Positions 1 through 1,908 of a stretch of 1,908 bases of DNA are shown in pieces (the first letter of the stretch is position 1; the number at the start of each line of letters is the position of its first letter). The notes beneath the pieces were generated by a model that did not search any database, was not told where the DNA came from, and was given only the letters and a program-made list of their open reading frames with translations. The position numbers and the translations under genes are program-made. The stretch lies in assembly GCA_000004985.1 (NCBI GenBank), contig GG739306.1; one strand, 5' to 3'. Source of the stretch: Naegleria gruberi (taxonomy: Eukaryota).

Positions 1-5
1 TAGTC

Positions 6-212
6 TCATAGCCTCTTCTTGTTCCTCCTTCTTTTTCGTTCTTCCTCCTCTCTTCTCTTTTTCTTTTCATCTATTATATCAGGAATAGTATTTCGTGGAG
101 AGTGGATCAATTCATGCATTTGTTCATAATATTTAGAATCCTTATCGAAATCTTTGATATCTTCAATATCCTTCACTTCAAAATCATCTATTCTCGTTGA
201 AACCATTATCAA
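6..212 (-). CDS. Open frame with a K/R/E-rich basic C-terminus (..DEKKKRREEEERKRRRNKKRL), ending at TGA 6-8. Probably exon 2 (6..187) of the upstream gene rather than a separate gene.
   Basis: The ORF track starts this ORF at a TTG translated as M (bacterial start rule); the first real ATG is codon 3. The frame is open from 230 down to 6. An acceptor AATAG at minus-strand 192..188 joins it in phase to the 290..616 ORF through a 113-nt intron (188..300). It lies only 77 bp from the upstream ORF on the same strand. Confidence 0.4.
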   Translation of the reverse strand: MIMVSTRIDDFEVKDIEDIKDFDKDSKYYEQMHELIHSPRNTIPDIIDEKKKRREEEERKRRRNKKRL

Positions 213-289
213 ACAATTGTTTGAAACAATTCAATATGATTAAATTCCAATATAAGTGTAAACTCATCTCCATCAAGAGAAAACAATAT

Positions 290-616
290 TCAAAACCTAC
301 ACCCAGTTTCAGGATATCTCTGTTTTAAAGGAACCAAATATTCATCAGCCAAGTCTTCTGATTTTAATCCAACCCCATTGGAAAATTTCGATGTAATTCC
401 TCTCTTCCGAGGTTTACTGAATGGTATCTCTGCTCCACCAGTTTCAATTCTCATACTTTTTAATAAATTAATGGCATTCTTCTTTTCCTCACTGACCATC
501 TTCTTCTTCAGCCGATCCAAATTTCTCAAATGAACATTCACCTGATTTGTTGTTTGCTCGATACTTCTACTGATGGACTTGTATTGAGCATTACATTCTT
601 GGTGTTGTTGCATCAT
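290..616 (-). CDS. Hypothetical small charged protein, 108-codon ORF starting ATGATG at 616. Probably exon 1 (301..616) of a two-exon gene.
   Basis: Uninterrupted 108-codon frame on the minus strand that starts with ATG ATG. Coding GC is noticeably higher than the flanking ~80% AT DNA, and codons such as AAG, GAG and CTG are used. The frame ends at TGA (290-292). A GTAGGT donor sits at minus-strand 300..295, just upstream of that stop. I could not recognise a family; the product is coiled-coil-like and charged. Confidence 0.5.
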   Translation of the reverse strand: MMQQHQECNAQYKSISRSIEQTTNQVNVHLRNLDRLKKKMVSEEKKNAINLLKSMRIETGGAEIPFSKPRKRGITSKFSNGVGLKSEDLADEYLVPLKQRYPETGCRF

Positions 617-732
617 TTTTTTAAATTAAATTTCATGACTGTAGATGAAAACAACTAAAAATGGCGGGAGATTACTAACAGGGTTACCTTAAATAAAATA
701 AACAGCCTGAATAATGATTCAAGAAGCGTCGA

Positions 733-743
733 TGGTTTAGTGG
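733..743 (+). promoter_or_regulatory. Pol III A-box of the tRNA-Gly gene (TGGTTTAGTGG).
   Basis: Matches the A-box consensus TRGYNNARNGG at tRNA positions 8-19. Confidence 0.7.
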
Positions 744-774
744 TAGAATACGGCGTTGCCATCGCCGTGACCCG

Positions 775-785
775 GGTTCAATTCA
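775..785 (+). promoter_or_regulatory. Pol III B-box (GGTTCAATTC) with its final conserved C replaced by the first base of the insertion.
   Basis: The B-box consensus is GGTTCGANTCC. Here GGTTCAATTC is followed by A785 instead of C62, so the insertion junction lies inside the B-box. Confidence 0.6.
777..784 (+). repeat. Target-site duplication, left copy (TTCAATTC, tRNA positions 54-61).
   Basis: Identical 8-mer at 1516-1523. The bases just outside differ (G776 vs T1515, A785 vs C1524), so the duplication is exactly 8 bp. Confidence 0.7.
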
Positions 786-951
786 TTTTGATAGTATGAA
801 TTATTGTGATTGTGTTGTTTCTCAATTTAATTTGGGAATTTCATTTCCCGTTCTCCAATGTTGTGAGCATTTTGCTTTTATTATTGTTAATTCTTTTTAT
901 TTAAATTTCTGTGCGTCGACCAATTATAAACATACTGTACATGTATTAAAA

Positions 952-964
952 TCCGTTACCCGAT
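952..964 (+). repeat. 13-bp perfect direct repeat TCCGTTACCCGAT, copy 1 (copy 2 at 997-1009).
   Basis: Read directly: aaaTCCGTTACCCGATgg versus attTCCGTTACCCGATag, 45 bp apart. Confidence 0.9.
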
Positions 965-996
965 GGTTAATATTTAATGTTATGGATGTATTAATT

Positions 997-1009
997 TCCG
1001 TTACCCGAT
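997..1009 (+). repeat. 13-bp perfect direct repeat TCCGTTACCCGAT, copy 2.
   Basis: Read directly. Confidence 0.9.
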
Positions 1010-1224
1010 AGTAAATTGTTTGAAAATGTAATTCATCATGTAATGTGTTAATTCAAAGTTTGTGAACATCATTAATGAATAAATTTTATTGTGATGACTC
1101 CTAATTAGGAAATTCCGTTTCCCTATACCCAATTATCAATATCTTTAATATTACATTATCAAAATTAATGTGTGAAATACATTTAAATAATAATTTAAAA
1201 AACATTGTATTAATTCAATTTCAG

Positions 1225-1238
1225 AATTGAATTCAATT
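1225..1238. repeat. Perfect 14-bp palindrome AATTGAATTCAATT centred on an EcoRI site.
   Basis: The sequence is its own reverse complement. AATTCAATT also occurs just upstream at 1212-1220. Confidence 0.85.
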
Positions 1239-1273
1239 GCCACATTAGGTAATTCCAAAACCCGTTACCTAAC

Positions 1274-1319
1274 TTCCAACTTTTATTTCCAACTTTCCAA
1301 TATTTCCAATATTTCCAAC
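1274..1319 (+). repeat. Degenerate microsatellite-like array of five TTCCAA units with period ~8-14 bp.
   Basis: TTCCAA at 1274, 1288, 1296, 1305 and 1314, in the run ATTTCCAAC / CTTTCCAAT / ATTTCCAAT / ATTTCCAAC. Confidence 0.8.
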
Positions 1320-1327
1320 ATTCAATA

Positions 1328-1365
1328 AAAGAACAACATTCAATGAAAAATTAAAGAACAACATT
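1328..1365 (+). repeat. Two copies of a 13-bp direct repeat AAAGAACAACATT (1328-1340 and 1353-1365).
   Basis: Read directly. Confidence 0.85.
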
Positions 1366-1373
1366 TGTTAATT

Positions 1374-1401
1374 ATTCAACATGATGTTTCACATCATGAA
1401 T
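1374..1401. repeat. 28-bp perfect direct repeat ATTCAACATGATGTTTCACATCATGAAT, copy 1. Each copy is an internal hairpin.
   Basis: Identical 28-mer at 1419-1446. Inside each copy, CATGATG (1380-1386) is the reverse complement of CATCATG (1392-1398) around a 5-nt loop TTTCA. The flanking ATTCA/TGAAT extend the stem with a 1-nt bulge. Confidence 0.9.
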
Positions 1402-1418
1402 TAAAAATAATGAACAGA

Positions 1419-1446
1419 ATTCAACATGATGTTTCACATCATGAAT
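1419..1446. repeat. 28-bp perfect direct repeat, copy 2 (hairpin).
   Basis: Read directly; it lies 45 bp after copy 1. Confidence 0.9.
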
Positions 1447-1515
1447 AATATTAAAATAAATAATTCATAATTTCATCATAAAATTAAAAGTTAAATGAAT
1501 TCCAAAAAAGGAAAT

Positions 1516-1523
1516 TTCAATTC
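1516..1523 (+). repeat. Target-site duplication, right copy (TTCAATTC).
   Basis: See the left copy; it is continuous with the tRNA 3' portion. Confidence 0.7.
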
Positions 1524-1535
1524 CCGGTCGACGCA
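1516..1535 (+). tRNA. tRNA-Gly(GCC), 3' portion: duplicated T-loop segment, T-stem 3' half CCCGG, acceptor 3' strand TCGACGC and discriminator A.
   Basis: CCCGG (1523-1527) is exactly complementary to CCGGG at 772-776. TCGACGC (1528-1534) is exactly complementary to GCGTCGA at 726-732. Joining 726..784 to 1524..1535 reconstitutes a canonical 72-nt tRNA. Confidence 0.8.
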
Positions 1536-1547
1536 GTCAGAAGTGAA

Positions 1548-1552
1548 TTTTT
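1548..1552 (+). terminator. Pol III terminator (TTTTT) 13 nt downstream of the tRNA 3' end.
   Basis: T5 run on the coding strand right after the discriminator base. A backup T6 lies at 1682-1687. Confidence 0.6.
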
Positions 1553-1731
1553 AGATAGCTGTTTGCACTCTGCTCTTACTATTTTAGAAATCAGTTTCAT
1601 GCATGTATTTACGTAAATTGGCAAATTTTTAGGTATTGAATATGTATAATTATTGAAAAAATAATCTCGGCTTGACCCTCATTTTTTACTGAAATAGTCC
1701 ACCTCCTTCAATACATTTCATACTAAACTGC

Positions 1732-1736
1732 AAAAA
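1732..1736 (-). terminator. Pol III terminator T5 for the 5S gene (plus-strand AAAAA).
   Basis: A run of five T on the minus strand immediately after the 5S 3' end GTAGTC. The first one or two U may belong to the mature RNA. Confidence 0.6.
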
Positions 1737-1854
1737 GACTACAGCACCACAGGTTCCCAAGTTGTCTCCAACCTCAGTACTGATGTGGCTCGACGATGCT
1801 TAACTTCTCAAATCGGACGGGATGAGGTGCATTCATCGTGATATGGCCGTAGCC
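1735..1854 (-). rRNA. 5S ribosomal RNA gene (~120 nt).
   Basis: The minus strand reads GGCTACGGCCATATCACGATGAATGCACCTCATCCCGTCCGATTTGAGAAGTTAAGCATCGTCGAGCCACATCAGTACTGAGGTTGGAGACAACTTGGGAACCTGTGGTGCTGTAGTCTT. It contains the universally conserved 5S blocks GGCCATA, CCCGTCCGAT, AGTTAAGC, AGTACT, GGAGAC, TGGGAA and GGTGCTGTAG. Helix I pairs 5' GGCTACGGC with 3' GCTGTAGTC. It is followed by a T-run. Confidence 0.88.
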
Positions 1855-1908
1855 ATCCATTATGTTAAAATATGCAATTTCAATACGTTTTACAATTTGC
1901 AACAATGG

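Larger units (their letters stand above)
726..784 (+). tRNA. tRNA-Gly(GCC), 5' portion (tRNA positions 1-61), truncated within the T-loop by an insertion.
   Basis: Acceptor 5' strand GCGTCGA (726-732). A-box TGGTTTAGTGG (733-743). D-arm GTTT/GAAT. Anticodon stem CGGCG/CGCCG (751-755/763-767) with loop TTGCCAT and anticodon GCC at 758-760. Variable loop TGAC. T-stem 5' half CCGGG (772-776). T-loop TTCAATT plus C61 (777-784). The sequence is close to fungal tRNA-Gly-GCC (GTTTAGTGGTAGAAT..TTGCCATCG). Confidence 0.85.
785..1515. mobile_element. 731-bp non-coding insertion inside the tRNA-Gly gene, flanked by an 8-bp target-site duplication. Putative non-autonomous DNA element (MITE-like) of an unclassified family.
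   Basis: It splits an otherwise perfect tRNA between positions 61 and 62. A perfect 8-bp direct repeat TTCAATTC sits at both junctions. There is no credible ORF, it is ~78% AT, and it is densely packed with internal direct and inverted repeats. The terminal inverted repeat is only weak (ATTT...GAATT at both ends, about 13 of 22 positions). Confidence 0.6.

Noticed and set aside
210-212. Start codon of ORF 6..212 shown as M in the ORF track
   Set aside because: The codon is TTG (Leu). The track uses bacterial alternative starts, which are not valid for this eukaryotic locus. The first genuine ATG is at 204-206, and the frame is more plausibly entered by splicing.
673-679. TACTAAC (the yeast-type branch-point consensus) on the plus strand
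   Set aside because: It lies in the intergenic region upstream of both genes and in the wrong orientation for the minus-strand gene. It is not inside the modelled intron, so it is probably a chance match.
796-1011. 71-aa plus-strand ORF (MNYCDCVVSQFNLG...) inside the insertion
   Set aside because: It is a low-complexity translation of AT-rich repeat DNA. The duplicated SVTR comes from reading the TCCGTTACCCGAT repeats. It has no ATG context, no similarity to any protein family I recognise, and is too short for a transposase. It is most likely spurious.
785-1515. Could the 731-bp interruption be a tRNA intron?
   Set aside because: Eukaryotic nuclear tRNA introns lie 1 nt 3' of the anticodon (position 37/38) and run to tens of nucleotides. 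This interruption is in the T-loop between positions 61 and 62, is 731 bp long, and is flanked by an 8-bp direct duplication of tRNA sequence. That is the signature of transposition, not of an intron.
1774-1908. Minus-strand open frame (PLLQIVKRIEIAYFNIMDGYGHITMNAPHPVRFEKLSIVEPHQY*) running off the right edge of the window
   Set aside because: The open frame is the 5S rRNA gene sequence plus its upstream flank. The raised GC content reflects a structured RNA, not coding sequence.
1-1908. Prokaryotic features (CRISPR arrays, operons, RBS-led genes) implied by the bacterial-style ORF track
   Set aside because: The tRNA has eukaryotic cytoplasmic A- and B-boxes with a downstream T-run terminator. 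There is a eukaryotic-type 5S rRNA gene, the DNA is extremely AT-rich, and there is a GT-AG intron candidate. All of this points to a eukaryotic nuclear locus. No CRISPR-like regularly spaced repeats are present.

Overview
This is very AT-rich eukaryotic nuclear DNA; the tRNA and 5S sequences look fungal or protist. The six-frame ORF track appears to use bacterial start rules (it translates a TTG as M), so it should not be taken at face value. Left to right: (i) two adjacent minus-strand ORFs (290..616 and 6..212) that probably form one two-exon gene. A 113-nt GT..AG intron joins them in frame, and the predicted ~165-aa product is highly charged with a basic K/R/E-rich C-terminus. (ii) A ~110-bp divergent intergenic region. 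(iii) A tRNA-Gly(GCC) gene on the plus strand that is split in its T-loop/B-box. Nucleotides 1-61 of the tRNA lie at 726..784 and the rest at 1516..1535, separated by a 731-bp non-coding insertion. The insertion is flanked by a perfect 8-bp direct duplication of the T-loop sequence TTCAATTC, which looks like a target-site duplication. (iv) A T5 pol III terminator and a ~200-bp spacer. (v) A 5S rRNA gene on the minus strand (about 1735..1854) with its own T5 terminator, convergent with the tRNA. The insertion is the standout. It has no credible ORF but is highly structured: five same-strand copies of a GC-containing CCGTT(A/T)CC motif that are Myb-site-like on the other strand, a perfect 13-bp direct repeat, a 14-bp perfect palindrome, a TTCCAA microsatellite, a second 13-bp direct repeat, two perfect 28-bp hairpin-forming direct repeats, and an inverted 10-nt copy of the tRNA 3' terminus. 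I read it as a non-autonomous mobile element that has inserted site-specifically into, and inactivated, a tRNA gene. That target choice (inside the conserved B-box rather than beside the gene) is unusual and worth following up.
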